Origin: an uncultured archaeon
GTDB taxonomy: Archaea > Aenigmatarchaeota > Aenigmatarchaeia > QMZP01 > JACQNV01
Assembly (NCBI GenBank): GCA_964410585.1
Contig: CAYPFW010000002.1
Span: forward strand, 1-64,000
Direction: 5' to 3'
Length of the DNA stretch: 64,000 nt
The position numbers and the translations under genes are program-made. Under the pieces are notes generated by a model. That model saw only the letters and a list, made by a program, of their open reading frames with translations, searched no databases and had not been told where the DNA came from. Shown in pieces: positions 1 to 8,834 of the stretch. Each line of letters opens with the position of its first letter. Position 1 is the stretch's first letter.

Positions 1-10
1 TTTAAGTTTA

Positions 11-111
11 TGCGCCAGGCGGGAATTGAACCCGCGTCGTAAGCTTGGGAAGCTCAAATTCTACCAAAATACAAACTCTTTCTTAAAAAGAGCCTACTAT
101 ACCACTGGCGC
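11..111 (-). tRNA. tRNA-Gly(CCC) with a 30-nt non-canonical intron in the D-loop (about 15/16; intron about 67..96)
   Basis: Removing 30 nt gives a 71-nt cloverleaf: acceptor GCGCCAG/CTGGCGC, anticodon arm TGAGC-TTCCCAA-GCTTA, T-arm GCGGG-TTCAATT-CCCGC. Confidence 0.93.
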
Positions 112-122
112 AAACAATTGAT

Positions 123-371
123 TTATTTTAGAATTATATACAATCCAATTATAATCGCCAATAATCCAATTGCTGTGTTAGCATCGAAGAAAATTCCCTT
201 TGAGTAAGCAGTCAAATAACTGTATAGATTACCTATCACTACAACACCTAGACCTATTCCTATTTTTTTCCAGCTTGGTTTATCTTTGGGTTTTTGATCT
301 TCGGTTTTTGGTGTATCTGAATCTTGTTCTTCAGTCTTGTGTTCTTCTGATTTGACTTCTTCTTTTGTCAT
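123..371 (-). CDS. Small membrane protein, hypothetical
   Basis: Charged N-terminus followed by two hydrophobic segments; fills the gap between two tRNAs. Confidence 0.65.
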   Translation of the reverse strand: MTKEEVKSEEHKTEEQDSDTPKTEDQKPKDKPSWKKIGIGLGVVVIGNLYSYLTAYSKGIFFDANTAIGLLAIIIGLYIILK

Positions 372-406
372 ATTTTTATATTAGTTTCTTTTTGTATACA
401 TTCTTT

Positions 407-487
407 GGAAGGCGTAAAATTTTTCGGAGCATCAGCGAAAGAAAAATTTAGCCTCCTGTTTTGATTAACCTTTTAGGATAAAAGGTT
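407..487 (+). repeat. Dispersed palindromic repeat, module A (GGAAGGCGTAA-stem-TAGCCTCC) plus terminal AACCTTTTAGGATAAAAGGTT hairpin
   Basis: Similar copies at 8670, 41072(-), 54058(-), 56331. Confidence 0.85.
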
Positions 488-490
488 AGA

Positions 491-696
491 CGCTGAGGAT
501 GAGAGTCGAACTCACGCGGGCAGAGCCCACAGGTTTAGCAAACCTGCGCCATAGTCCTAGCCTTTTTCTATATTCAATATCTGTATACCGTTTCTTAGCA
601 GCTGGAAACTGGTTTTGCCAGTTTCGGTATCTGACGAGTACGGTAGACTTTTCTTTTTGAAAGAAAAGGCTAGCTTAACCACTCGGCCACCTCAGC
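491..696 (-). tRNA. tRNA-Ser(GCT) with a 124-nt D-arm intron (about 21/22; 551..674)
   Basis: Acceptor GCTGAGG/CCTCAGC, anticodon arm CAGGT-TTGCTAA-ACCTG, long variable arm, G73; intron ends pair CTAGCC/GGCTAG in a BHB-like junction. Confidence 0.93.
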
Positions 697-728
697 ATAG
701 GGAACCTGTTATAATATTTGTTCCGGTT

Positions 729-782
729 TCGTGTGCGTCTGCACACGAGATGAACGCACATCTCGTGAACTGGCGTTCACGA
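729..782. repeat. Three overlapping hairpins sharing TCGTG/CACGA arms
   Basis: TCGTGTGC-gtct-GCACACGA, CACGAGATG-aacgca-CATCTCGTG, TCGTGAAC-tggc-GTTCACGA. Confidence 0.75.
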
Positions 783-914
783 CCTTTAACCCTTCACCAT
801 CGCAATATTTAGTTTGAGGATTATAAGAGGTTTTTGACGATAGAAGCCTTTTTAAGTTTGTGGGTATATATAATAAATACAAAGCAGATGCTTTGGTTAA
901 ATGGGGGTTCTCAT

Positions 915-1205
915 ATGGTACAAATTTCTAGCATTTCTGATACATTCGCAAAAGATGTATTTACAGATAAAGGAATGTATTGCGGAAAGGTTGAGGATGT
1001 TGAATGTGACTTGAAGAGATTCAAATTGAGATCTCTTGTTGTCAGAGCTGTTAAGGGTTCCTATTTGGGCAGCATGTTGGGTGACAAAAGAGGATTGATC
1101 ATACCATTCCCAATGGTGCAAGCAATAGGCGACGTTGTTGTGATAAAACACATTGCAGCTCCATTAGCAGACGACCTTGAGCAAAAAGTTCCGGTTAAAG
1201 CTTAA
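915..1205 (+). CDS. PRC-barrel domain protein (CdpB-like archaeal family)
   Basis: DVFTDKGMYCGKVEDV...IIPFPMVQAIGDVVVIK pattern; ATG at 915 preferred. Confidence 0.85.
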   Translation: MVQISSISDTFAKDVFTDKGMYCGKVEDVECDLKRFKLRSLVVRAVKGSYLGSMLGDKRGLIIPFPMVQAIGDVVVIKHIAAPLADDLEQKVPVKA

Positions 1206-1229
1206 ATGGTTGAATCTTTTGTTTTTGAT

Positions 1230-1754
1230 TCACACCATACTTGGTTTAATTCTCTTTCTAGGTAAATATGAGAGTATTTCTTTAATTGTTTGATCTATGA
1301 TTTTCTTATTTGTATCAACTAAAGTACCACGATCAAATTTCGAAACAAGTTTGTAAACTGCTTCTGCTGCGTCTTTGCCAAGTTTTTTCTTTCTTTTACT
1401 GTCCCTTTCTATACAGACCATCAACGGCGCCTTCAAAGTAAATATGTATGGCTTATAGTCCTTTAACTCCTTGAGAAGATCTTGTATCTGGCTTTTGTGA
1501 TAGAAGCAGGCATCGAATATTACTATTTTTCCCTTCTTTAATTTTTCCTTTACTTTAGGCATGACAAATTTAGTTGCTTTAATAAAATTTTCAGCTGGAA
1601 TACATTCTGCATTTGGTCCAACTTTATCTAAACCAGATTTTTCAAGAACTAAGTCTACTGAGACATATTCTGCACATAAAGCCTTTGCCAATTTTTTGGC
1701 TATTGTTGATTTGCCAACACCTAAAGGACCTCTGATGATAATATAGTAGCTCAT
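1230..1754 (-). CDS. P-loop nucleotide kinase-like protein (AAA_33 type)
   Basis: Walker A RGPLGVGKST, IVIFDA, lid motif ERDSKR. Confidence 0.85.
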   Translation of the reverse strand: MSYYIIIRGPLGVGKSTIAKKLAKALCAEYVSVDLVLEKSGLDKVGPNAECIPAENFIKATKFVMPKVKEKLKKGKIVIFDACFYHKSQIQDLLKELKDYKPYIFTLKAPLMVCIERDSKRKKKLGKDAAEAVYKLVSKFDRGTLVDTNKKIIDQTIKEILSYLPRKRIKPSMV

Positions 1755-1769
1755 ATTCTAATTTCACAC

Positions 1770-2219
1770 TTAAGCTTGATACAAAACAGTGTATCTGTGA
1801 TTGCTTTTTCTTAGTAGAAGAGGAACTCCCCACTTTTCAGCTTCTTTTTGGTTCTTTTTGTTTTGGTAGCTGCTTTTTCTGCAAACAATGTACTGAACTG
1901 ATATTTTTTTGTCAAATTTGTCTATATCAAAAACATCATACAGTTTGCAAGAAAAATGGAATCTCCATTTTTTAGGTATTGAAAAATCATCTTCCACCAT
2001 GAGTAAGACATCTATATCAGAATAAATCCGATTTTTAAACGGTTTTTCATATTTGCCAAATGTTCCTTTAACCAATGAACCCATCATCAAAACCTTGCTG
2101 ATTTTCTTGTTTGGCAATAAATCTTTCAATATAAAATCCTTTGCTTTTTCAAATATTTTCTTTTGTTCTGTCTTTGAGAAAATTATTTTTCGGGGTCGCT
2201 CTTTAGTATATTTCTCCAT
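1770..2219 (-). CDS. Nucleotidyltransferase-fold protein
   Basis: MGSLVKG...SDIDVLL (GS...DxD). Confidence 0.75.
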   Translation of the reverse strand: MEKYTKERPRKIIFSKTEQKKIFEKAKDFILKDLLPNKKISKVLMMGSLVKGTFGKYEKPFKNRIYSDIDVLLMVEDDFSIPKKWRFHFSCKLYDVFDIDKFDKKISVQYIVCRKSSYQNKKNQKEAEKWGVPLLLRKSNHRYTVLYQA

Positions 2220-2252
2220 ATTTGCTTGAGGTTTTTAGTCCAGTAAAGTATT

Positions 2253-3224
2253 CTACAAAACTTTAACTCCATTACTCTTAACCAAAACAATATCCTCTAT
2301 TCTACACCCAATATCTTTCAAATAAACTCCAGGCTCTACCGTCAGAGTCATATTCTCTTTTATTTCTCCCCTGATTGATTCGTGAACAGAAATACCAACA
2401 CCGTGGCCAAACAAATGTTTTACTTGGTATTTGTTTTTTTTCATTAATTTGCAGTAGAACTTTTGTACATCCTCAAATTTCAATCCAGGTTTGATGAAAT
2501 CGATTATTTGTTTCTGTATATTTTCAACATCTTCCAAAACTTTTTTCTGCTTTTGGTTGATTTTTGAGTAAAACATCCTTGTGATGTCAGCGCAATAATA
2601 ATTATATTTTGCTCCTGAATCTATGATAACAAGCTCGTTTGGTTTGATAATTTTTTGGCTCGGTATGTGATGGATTTGCGGTCCGTTTTCCCCTGCAGAA
2701 ACAATTGTATCAAAGGCTATGTCAGCCCCTGATTTTTTGAAATTTGAATCAACTTGTTTAGCGACCCAATACTCTGTTTTTCCCCAAATATCCAATTTGT
2801 GAGCCTGTTTTGTAATTTTTATTGCTGTTTTAATTGCTTCTATCTCCTCAGAATCTTTAATGTTCCTTGGCTCTTTTATTATATCAGAAGCTGGTTTGAA
2901 TCTGGCTTTCATTTTTGTCAAATTTAGGTAAGTCCTAGCTAGAAGGCTATGCTCATCGTACCCAAATGTCTTTTTTGAGAAGAATTTTTTCAGGTCTTGT
3001 TTTTTTGAAAGAAAGTACACATCGAGTGGGAGGCTTTTTGCTTCATTGTCTAAGGGTGAAAGAAGGAATTTTGCAGATTTGTTGTCTACAATTAGAAAAG
3101 CATTTGAGCTTGGCTTGTATCCTGTGTAGTAGATGATGTCGTCTATATCTGTTATCAAAGCTGCTGGAATTTTGTTTTTTTCAAGTAGTTGCCTCAATTT
3201 ATTAGTGCGCGCCTCGAAGTTCAT
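2253..3224 (-). CDS. Xaa-Pro aminopeptidase (M24B)
   Basis: Creatinase-like N-domain; IDSG, ADITR, GHGVG.SVHE, VEPG, RIED metal-ligand motifs. Confidence 0.93.
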   Translation of the reverse strand: MNFEARTNKLRQLLEKNKIPAALITDIDDIIYYTGYKPSSNAFLIVDNKSAKFLLSPLDNEAKSLPLDVYFLSKKQDLKKFFSKKTFGYDEHSLLARTYLNLTKMKARFKPASDIIKEPRNIKDSEEIEAIKTAIKITKQAHKLDIWGKTEYWVAKQVDSNFKKSGADIAFDTIVSAGENGPQIHHIPSQKIIKPNELVIIDSGAKYNYYCADITRMFYSKINQKQKKVLEDVENIQKQIIDFIKPGLKFEDVQKFYCKLMKKNKYQVKHLFGHGVGISVHESIRGEIKENMTLTVEPGVYLKDIGCRIEDIVLVKSNGVKVL

Positions 3225-3253
3225 AATTAGTATAATATTGTTTTTGGGCGAAT

Positions 3254-3829
3254 ATGAAGGTTATTAAACTTAAAGATTTGGAAAACCAGCAGATAGCTAA
3301 TGAGGTAGAGGAAGCTGTCAAAAAAGGCGAGGTAATTATTCACCCAACAGACACTGTTTATGGGATTGGTTGCAATGTTGAAAGTGTTGATTCTGTGGAA
3401 AAGCTTTACCAAGCTAAAAAAAGAGATAGGACAAAACCTGTTTCTGTTTTTGTACCTTCTTTGGAATGGATAGACCAAAATTGCACTGTTAGCCAAGTGA
3501 ACAGGGAATTTTTGAAAAGCCTGTTACCTGGGCCCTATACAGCTATTTTAAAATACAAATCTGTTCCAAAAGTTTTGGAAACCCCGGATAAAACAATTGG
3601 TGTGAGGATTGTGAAAAACAAATTCTGTGATTTGCTTCGAAGGTTGAATGTTATTTTTATCACAACTTCTTTGAACATTTCAGGTGAGGAAAATATCACA
3701 AAAATAGAAGATTGCCCGGGAGGATTGAAAGAAGTTGCTTCCATAGCTATAGATTCAGGGGAGCTTGGAAAAAGAGCCTCGAGGGTATTTGATTTAACTA
3801 CAGACGATATTAGGGTTTTGAGACCGTAG
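3254..3829 (+). CDS. sua5: L-threonylcarbamoyladenylate synthase (single-domain TsaC/Sua5)
   Basis: PTDTVYGIG, KKR..KP, LPGPYT, TSLN.SG. Confidence 0.93.
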   Translation: MKVIKLKDLENQQIANEVEEAVKKGEVIIHPTDTVYGIGCNVESVDSVEKLYQAKKRDRTKPVSVFVPSLEWIDQNCTVSQVNREFLKSLLPGPYTAILKYKSVPKVLETPDKTIGVRIVKNKFCDLLRRLNVIFITTSLNISGEENITKIEDCPGGLKEVASIAIDSGELGKRASRVFDLTTDDIRVLRP

Positions 3830-4064
3830 ATTCAAAATCTTTTTCTGCCAGATCTTCTATAAGAATCGTTTTTTGTTTTGATTTTAGTCCCCGCAGAATT
3901 CTCACGTTTTTGCCAAAAATTCTGGAAAGCTCTTTTACAATCTCTGTATTTGCCTTGTTGTTTTCAGGTTGGTTTTCTGTGCAAATGATGATTGTTTCGC
4001 CAAATTTTGAGATCTCAAAGGCGGGTGAATTTGGTTTGATTTTGGCATTGAATATGTAGTTCAT
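3810..4064 (-). CDS. DUF167/YggU family protein
   Basis: KIKPNS...PENNKAN.E...G.KSKQK; ATG at 4064 overlaps the upstream stop (ATGA). Confidence 0.85.
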   Translation of the reverse strand: MNYIFNAKIKPNSPAFEISKFGETIIICTENQPENNKANTEIVKELSRIFGKNVRILRGLKSKQKTILIEDLAEKDFESTVSKP

Positions 4065-4510
4065 ACACGATCGCATATTTCTGCCCACAACTTACCTCTA
4101 GTTTTTGGATGTCCTTTGGGTATCTTAAAATACGCATCTTCGGCACGTCTTCTGTCATGATAGTTCCAGCTTGCAACCATTTTTTTCCTCACTCTTAATG
4201 GCAATTCAGATATCTCCCTACTGTACCTAATCCATGGATCGAATGATGGTCTTTCGCTGACTACATGATTTCCTTCACAAGGTTCTGTACTTGAGTAGTA
4301 TCGAAGTTTCCTGCCATCTGCCTTAACTTTTAAAAATTCGTATATATCCTGATGGAAAAAAACTTGCAGCGCCCTGTCATCTTTTATAACTACAGTTAAG
4401 TTTTCGCCTGATTCAGAATCAACGGGCCTGCTGTTTGGGAGCTCCCATGTTTCCACTATCCTATACCCTCTTCCTGGAGGAAAATTGTCGACACTGTACA
4501 CCCATGTCAT
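4061..4510 (-). CDS. Hypothetical protein
   Basis: ORF from ATG 4510, coupled to the DUF167 gene; no motif recognised. Confidence 0.6.
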   Translation of the reverse strand: MTWVYSVDNFPPGRGYRIVETWELPNSRPVDSESGENLTVVIKDDRALQVFFHQDIYEFLKVKADGRKLRYYSSTEPCEGNHVVSERPSFDPWIRYSREISELPLRVRKKMVASWNYHDRRRAEDAYFKIPKGHPKTRGKLWAEICDRV

Positions 4511-4561
4511 ATGTCTACTATAGAGAAAGCTTTTAAATATAAGTAGACTAACTTGTTGAAT

Positions 4562-4822
4562 ATGGACGCTCATATATTGTCTTTTAGGAATGCAAGGCAC
4601 CCACACAAAATGAACCACTTTTTGCTAGAGGTAGAAGGGGTCGATTCTAAAGAAAAAGCAATCAAAATGGTAGGCAAAAAGGTTGTGTGGAAGAGCAAAG
4701 GTGGAAAGCATATCCACGGTGTGATTGCAGCAGCTCATGGTGGAAAAGGTGTCCTTCGCGCAAGGTTTTCTAGAGGCCTTCCAGGCGAAGCTGTTGGCAC
4801 AAAAGTTGCTGTAAAGGAATAA
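4562..4822 (+). CDS. rpl35ae: 50S ribosomal protein L35Ae
   Basis: VGKKVVWKS...G.I...HG.KGVLRARF..GLPG.A.G. Confidence 0.93.
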   Translation: MDAHILSFRNARHPHKMNHFLLEVEGVDSKEKAIKMVGKKVVWKSKGGKHIHGVIAAAHGGKGVLRARFSRGLPGEAVGTKVAVKE

Positions 4823-4858
4823 CTAGTTCTATATTAACCAATTTCAACAACTCTATCT

Positions 4859-5974
4859 ATGAGAATTGCTAAAGAAGGGAAGGTTAAATTCCAAGTGTAC
4901 GAAGGCGAAGTAAATAAACAACTTCCCGTTTTTTACAATCCGGAAATGGAAGAACACAGAAATATCACTGTATCTGTTCTCAATTCTTATTTTCCAAAAA
5001 AATTCTTAGCATGCGATCCTTTAGCTGGTTCTGGTGTGCGCGGTTTGCGGATAGTAAAAGAGACAAAAGGCGAGGTTGTTCTAAATGATATAACATCTGA
5101 AGCTGTGAAATTAATGAAATCAAACTTCAAACTAAACAAAATCAACCAGAAAAAATACAAGGTTTTCCACAAAGATGCAAAAATCCTGCTTTTGGAAAAT
5201 TGGCACAATTTTGATTTTGTTGATATAGATCCATTTGGTTCGCCTGCGAAATTTTTTGAGCCTTCTGCTGTTGCAATAAAACCAGATGGCTTGTTCGCTG
5301 CAACAGCAACAGATACAGGCGCTCTTGCTGGCTCTTTCAAGGAAGCTTGCCTTCGAAGATATGGTGTGCGCGTTTGCAGAACAGATTTTTACAAAGAGCT
5401 TGGAATACGTGCTTTGATAACAGCAATACAGCAGTCTTTTGCAAAATATGATTTAGCATTTGAGCCACTTCTGCCATTTTCAAATCATTTTTTCAGGGTT
5501 TTTGGAAAAGTGGGGAGAGGAAAGCAAAAAGCAGACAAAATTTTGGAGCAAACAGGTTTTGTTTCTTACTGTCAAAGGTGTTTGAACAGGGAATTTTTTG
5601 GTGTTTTGGACAAACAGTTTGGAAACAAAATCAAATCTCAGGATTCGCCGCGAACCAATTGCACCAATTGCCAATCTAAAAACCAGATAATAGGACCTAT
5701 TTGGTTGGGAAAAATTCAGGTCAACAAATTTGTGAAAAAAGTAAACAATGAGCAGAAAAAAAGAGGATTCAAAAAAGTCTTTATTGAAGAAATAGAACAT
5801 CCATTTTATTTTGATGTGCACAGAGTGTGTGGATTAGTTGGAAAAGAGTCTCCTAAGTTTGAAAAAATTATTGAAAACTTAAAAAAATCTGGATTCGAAG
5901 CGTCTAGATCAAACCTTTTCCCAGACGGGATAAAAACAAATGCAGATTTTAAAGTTTTTTTTAAATGTATTTAG
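4859..5974 (+). CDS. trm1: tRNA (guanine-26-N2)-dimethyltransferase
   Basis: VFYNP.M..HR, DPLAGSGVRGLR, DIDPFGSP, TATD, zinc ribbon, GPIWLG. Confidence 0.95.
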   Translation: MRIAKEGKVKFQVYEGEVNKQLPVFYNPEMEEHRNITVSVLNSYFPKKFLACDPLAGSGVRGLRIVKETKGEVVLNDITSEAVKLMKSNFKLNKINQKKYKVFHKDAKILLLENWHNFDFVDIDPFGSPAKFFEPSAVAIKPDGLFAATATDTGALAGSFKEACLRRYGVRVCRTDFYKELGIRALITAIQQSFAKYDLAFEPLLPFSNHFFRVFGKVGRGKQKADKILEQTGFVSYCQRCLNREFFGVLDKQFGNKIKSQDSPRTNCTNCQSKNQIIGPIWLGKIQVNKFVKKVNNEQKKRGFKKVFIEEIEHPFYFDVHRVCGLVGKESPKFEKIIENLKKSGFEASRSNLFPDGIKTNADFKVFFKCI

Positions 5975-6549
5975 AGAAAAATTATTCCATTTGAAAACTC
6001 GCTTTCTGTTAGTTGCTTTAGAGCATCTTCGGGTATTCCTTTTTTTCTTGCTTCTTCAATCACTTGTTTTCTCATCTCAGACTCTTTCATCAAACCAAAT
6101 CTATATGATTGAATATTAGCCATTAAAGACGATGATCGAGTCACACGTCTTAGTCCGGGAAGTGGTTGAGGCCCTGACTTTGTTTCATCGAGGAAAACTT
6201 CAACCATATCAAGATCCTCCATAAGTGTTTTAACCCTAGGTCCTAAGTATGGATCAATAACATGACTTTGAATACCTTCTCTTGCGATTGGATCTTGTGT
6301 ATTAAGCATTGGCAATGAAATTTTCAGCATTGTAGCTATGTCAAATATCGTCTGTTCAACATATCCTAGCCATGTTGTTGAATTCTTGAAAGTATCAGGA
6401 CTATGGAAGCCAGCTCCTAAATTGAACCTTTCATTTAATTCTAAATATCTGACTTTTAGCTGTTCAAAAACATCTATTAGAGATGTTTTTGGTGCATATT
6501 CAGTTTCCTCTCTTCTCGATTTTGGAACAAATCTATACAAAAATACCAT
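5971..6549 (-). CDS. Hypothetical protein
   Basis: 192-aa ORF in a co-oriented run; no motif. Confidence 0.65.
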   Translation of the reverse strand: MVFLYRFVPKSRREETEYAPKTSLIDVFEQLKVRYLELNERFNLGAGFHSPDTFKNSTTWLGYVEQTIFDIATMLKISLPMLNTQDPIAREGIQSHVIDPYLGPRVKTLMEDLDMVEVFLDETKSGPQPLPGLRRVTRSSSLMANIQSYRFGLMKESEMRKQVIEEARKKGIPEDALKQLTESEFSNGIIFL

Positions 6550-6569
6550 AAGAAAAAAGGAAATAGAAT

Positions 6570-6932
6570 TTAAATTGATTCTGTTGGGTTTTCTACAATG
6601 ACATAGATACCGGTTGGCAAAAGATTTCTCAGAAGCCTTATGTGTTTTCCAACGGTTGGATTTTTTGTATCCAGATCTCCATATCTGAAATGGTCGTTGT
6701 CAATTGAATGCATTGCCTTTGTTAGGAAAATATCCATTTCATCTCTTGTTTCTAAAAAGTCACTTTCTGCTGTATCCTTTCCAGGAACAGGATCTTGTGG
6801 AAGGACATATGATCTTCCTGTTTCTTCATCTTTCATTGTTTTGTAAACAGTTTTTTGTCCACCCTCTTCTACCAATAAAAATGAAAAAATCAAATCACCT
6901 TCTACATATCGGCCTAAAGTGAAGTTTTTCAT
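6570..6932 (-). CDS. Hypothetical protein
   Basis: 120-aa ORF; no motif. Confidence 0.6.
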   Translation of the reverse strand: MKNFTLGRYVEGDLIFSFLLVEEGGQKTVYKTMKDEETGRSYVLPQDPVPGKDTAESDFLETRDEMDIFLTKAMHSIDNDHFRYGDLDTKNPTVGKHIRLLRNLLPTGIYVIVENPTESI

Positions 6933-6934
6933 AT

Positions 6935-7375
6935 TTATCTCCTTTTTGTGATTGTTGATGGTGCTAGGCTAAAATCGCCTTCACCATTTCCCAATAAAAT
7001 ATCATATTGATTTCCATTTGTAATTGCTAAATCCAAGTTGCCGTCAGTGTTAGCGTCTATTGCTTCTATCCTTGCACTTCCCGGAAGGCCTCTTGCTAAT
7101 TCTGTGCCTTCTTGTGTTCTGAAATATTTTCCATTTATTGGGCCGCTAACATATTGTCCATCTACTATACGAAGTGTGTATGTCCCTTCTCCTGTTGGCT
7201 CTCTGTAGACAGCTTCTTTTCTAGGATCTGAATTAAAATTAGCAGTAAGTAGAGGATCAACTGGAATTTCTCTTGATCTATAAACCAAAAACCCAACTAC
7301 GCCTAAAGCAGCAGAAAGCGCAGTTGCCGTTAACCAAGTTGTTCTAATACCCAATCGCGAAGTTTTGTCTGACAT
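6935..7375 (-). CDS. Membrane-anchored protein with an FG-GAP/VCBS-like repeat
   Basis: N-terminal TM helix; DANTDGNLDLAI...ILLGNGEGDF. Confidence 0.75.
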   Translation of the reverse strand: MSDKTSRLGIRTTWLTATALSAALGVVGFLVYRSREIPVDPLLTANFNSDPRKEAVYREPTGEGTYTLRIVDGQYVSGPINGKYFRTQEGTELARGLPGSARIEAIDANTDGNLDLAITNGNQYDILLGNGEGDFSLAPSTITKRR

Positions 7376-7496
7376 GTTAAACTCCTGCTGGAACTGGTTT
7401 TTGTTTTTCTGCTTCAAGAATTAATTTTTCAGGTAAACCGTATATCATATTTTTCTCCAGCGCTTCATCTGATCAAAAACTTTGAAAGGAAGAAAT

Positions 7497-8444
7497 TTAA
7501 GCGTTCAGCAATTGCTCTTCCTCTTCTTTGACTTTTTCTTCGACTTCGTCTTTGATTCCAAGTTTCTCGACGATTTCTTTGTACCTATTTCGGATTGTGA
7601 CTTCAGTCACACCGATTGCATCTGCAACCTCTCTCTGAGTCTTTTTCTCGCCTTCGAGAACTGCGGCTATATAGAGGGCAGCAGATGCAACTCCAATAGG
7701 ACCTTTACCAGAAGTAACATCAAAATTTGTTGCCTCGTCCAAGATTTTGACAGCGCGAACTTGCACCTTTTCTGTAAGTGTAAGCAAAGAGCCAAATCTA
7801 GGGACATAGTCTTGTGGTTTTGCAGGCAATATTCTTATTGTAAGTTTCCTTGAAATGTATCTATATGTTTTTCCAATATCTCTCCTAGAGATACCAGAAG
7901 CTTTTGAGATTTCATCAAGTGTTCTTGGTGCACCGTGTTCTCTGCAAGTTGTATACAATAGAGCAGAAATTATAGATTCTGTTGACCTTCCTCTCACCAA
8001 GCTTTCATTAGCAGCTCTTTCATACTGTTTAGCTACTTTTTCATGTATAGCTGGAGAAAGACCTAATTGCGAAACAAGCCTTTGAAGCTCTGAAAATGCA
8101 AAAGACAAATTTCTGTCTTTGGATTTGATCAGCCTTTTGTGCCATTTTGCAAGCCTGTAGTACTGAGCTCTTTTTCTTGGAAGAACCTTAAACAATTCAC
8201 CCCTTCCTTTACCTATTTCAGTTGTTATACCATGATCGTGTTTTGTAGGTGTTAGTGGAGCGCCTGTTCTAACCCTTTTTGATCTTTGAGCTTCGTCAAA
8301 AGCTCTCCATTCTTGAGTAGAATCAATTGTGTTTTCTTGCAAAACTAAACCACAAACAAGGCAAGAATTTTCCCCTCTTAGGGAATCGTATTGTATTTTT
8401 GTGCTTCCGCACTCGGGACAAGATTGTTTTCCTTCGAACTTCAT
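7497..8444 (-). CDS. tfb: Transcription initiation factor IIB
   Basis: CPECG...CLVCG zinc ribbon, EWRAF B-reader, two cyclin repeats, VTEVTIRNRYKE. Confidence 0.98.
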   Translation of the reverse strand: MKFEGKQSCPECGSTKIQYDSLRGENSCLVCGLVLQENTIDSTQEWRAFDEAQRSKRVRTGAPLTPTKHDHGITTEIGKGRGELFKVLPRKRAQYYRLAKWHKRLIKSKDRNLSFAFSELQRLVSQLGLSPAIHEKVAKQYERAANESLVRGRSTESIISALLYTTCREHGAPRTLDEISKASGISRRDIGKTYRYISRKLTIRILPAKPQDYVPRFGSLLTLTEKVQVRAVKILDEATNFDVTSGKGPIGVASAALYIAAVLEGEKKTQREVADAIGVTEVTIRNRYKEIVEKLGIKDEVEEKVKEEEEQLLNA

Positions 8445-8669
8445 AAGAATTTACTCCTTTCAAGTTAAAAATCATTGTAACTTTTGCAATAAATATAATT
8501 GCTGAAGTTATATATAAAGCTTTGTGTTTTTTTGCGAGTTGTTTATAAAGGCCTAAGAATTTTTACTATTTTTTAGTTATAGTTTTATAAAACTTTCGGT
8601 TTTGGGAGGTTTTAGTAATATAACTCTTTATTTGGGTATATACTCATAATACTATGAATGGTTAGTCGT

Positions 8670-8753
8670 GGAAGGCGTAATTTTTTCCGAACAGCAGTGA
8701 AGGAAAAAATAGCCTCCATTTTTGATTGACCCAAGCTTTTTAGGAAAAAGCTT
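8670..8753 (+). repeat. Dispersed palindromic repeat, module A plus terminal hairpin
   Basis: GGAAGGCGTAATTTTTTCC...GGAAAAAATAGCCTCC then AAGCTTTTTAGGAAAAAGCTT. Confidence 0.85.
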
Positions 8754-8834
8754 GAGCAAAAAGTTTACAAAGTGGAGGGTTAGAGGAACCGGAAACAATT
8801 GTTTAGCAGGTTCCCTATTTTGGGACAAAAGTTT

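Noticed and set aside
407-456. Module A as an archaeal SECIS element
   Set aside because: It has GAA-containing loops, but no neighbouring gene shows an in-frame UGA at a Cys position and copies occur in varied orientations relative to genes.
615-812. 65-aa ORF on the plus strand
   Set aside because: Antisense to tRNA-Ser and its intron and runs through hairpins; no protein-like features.
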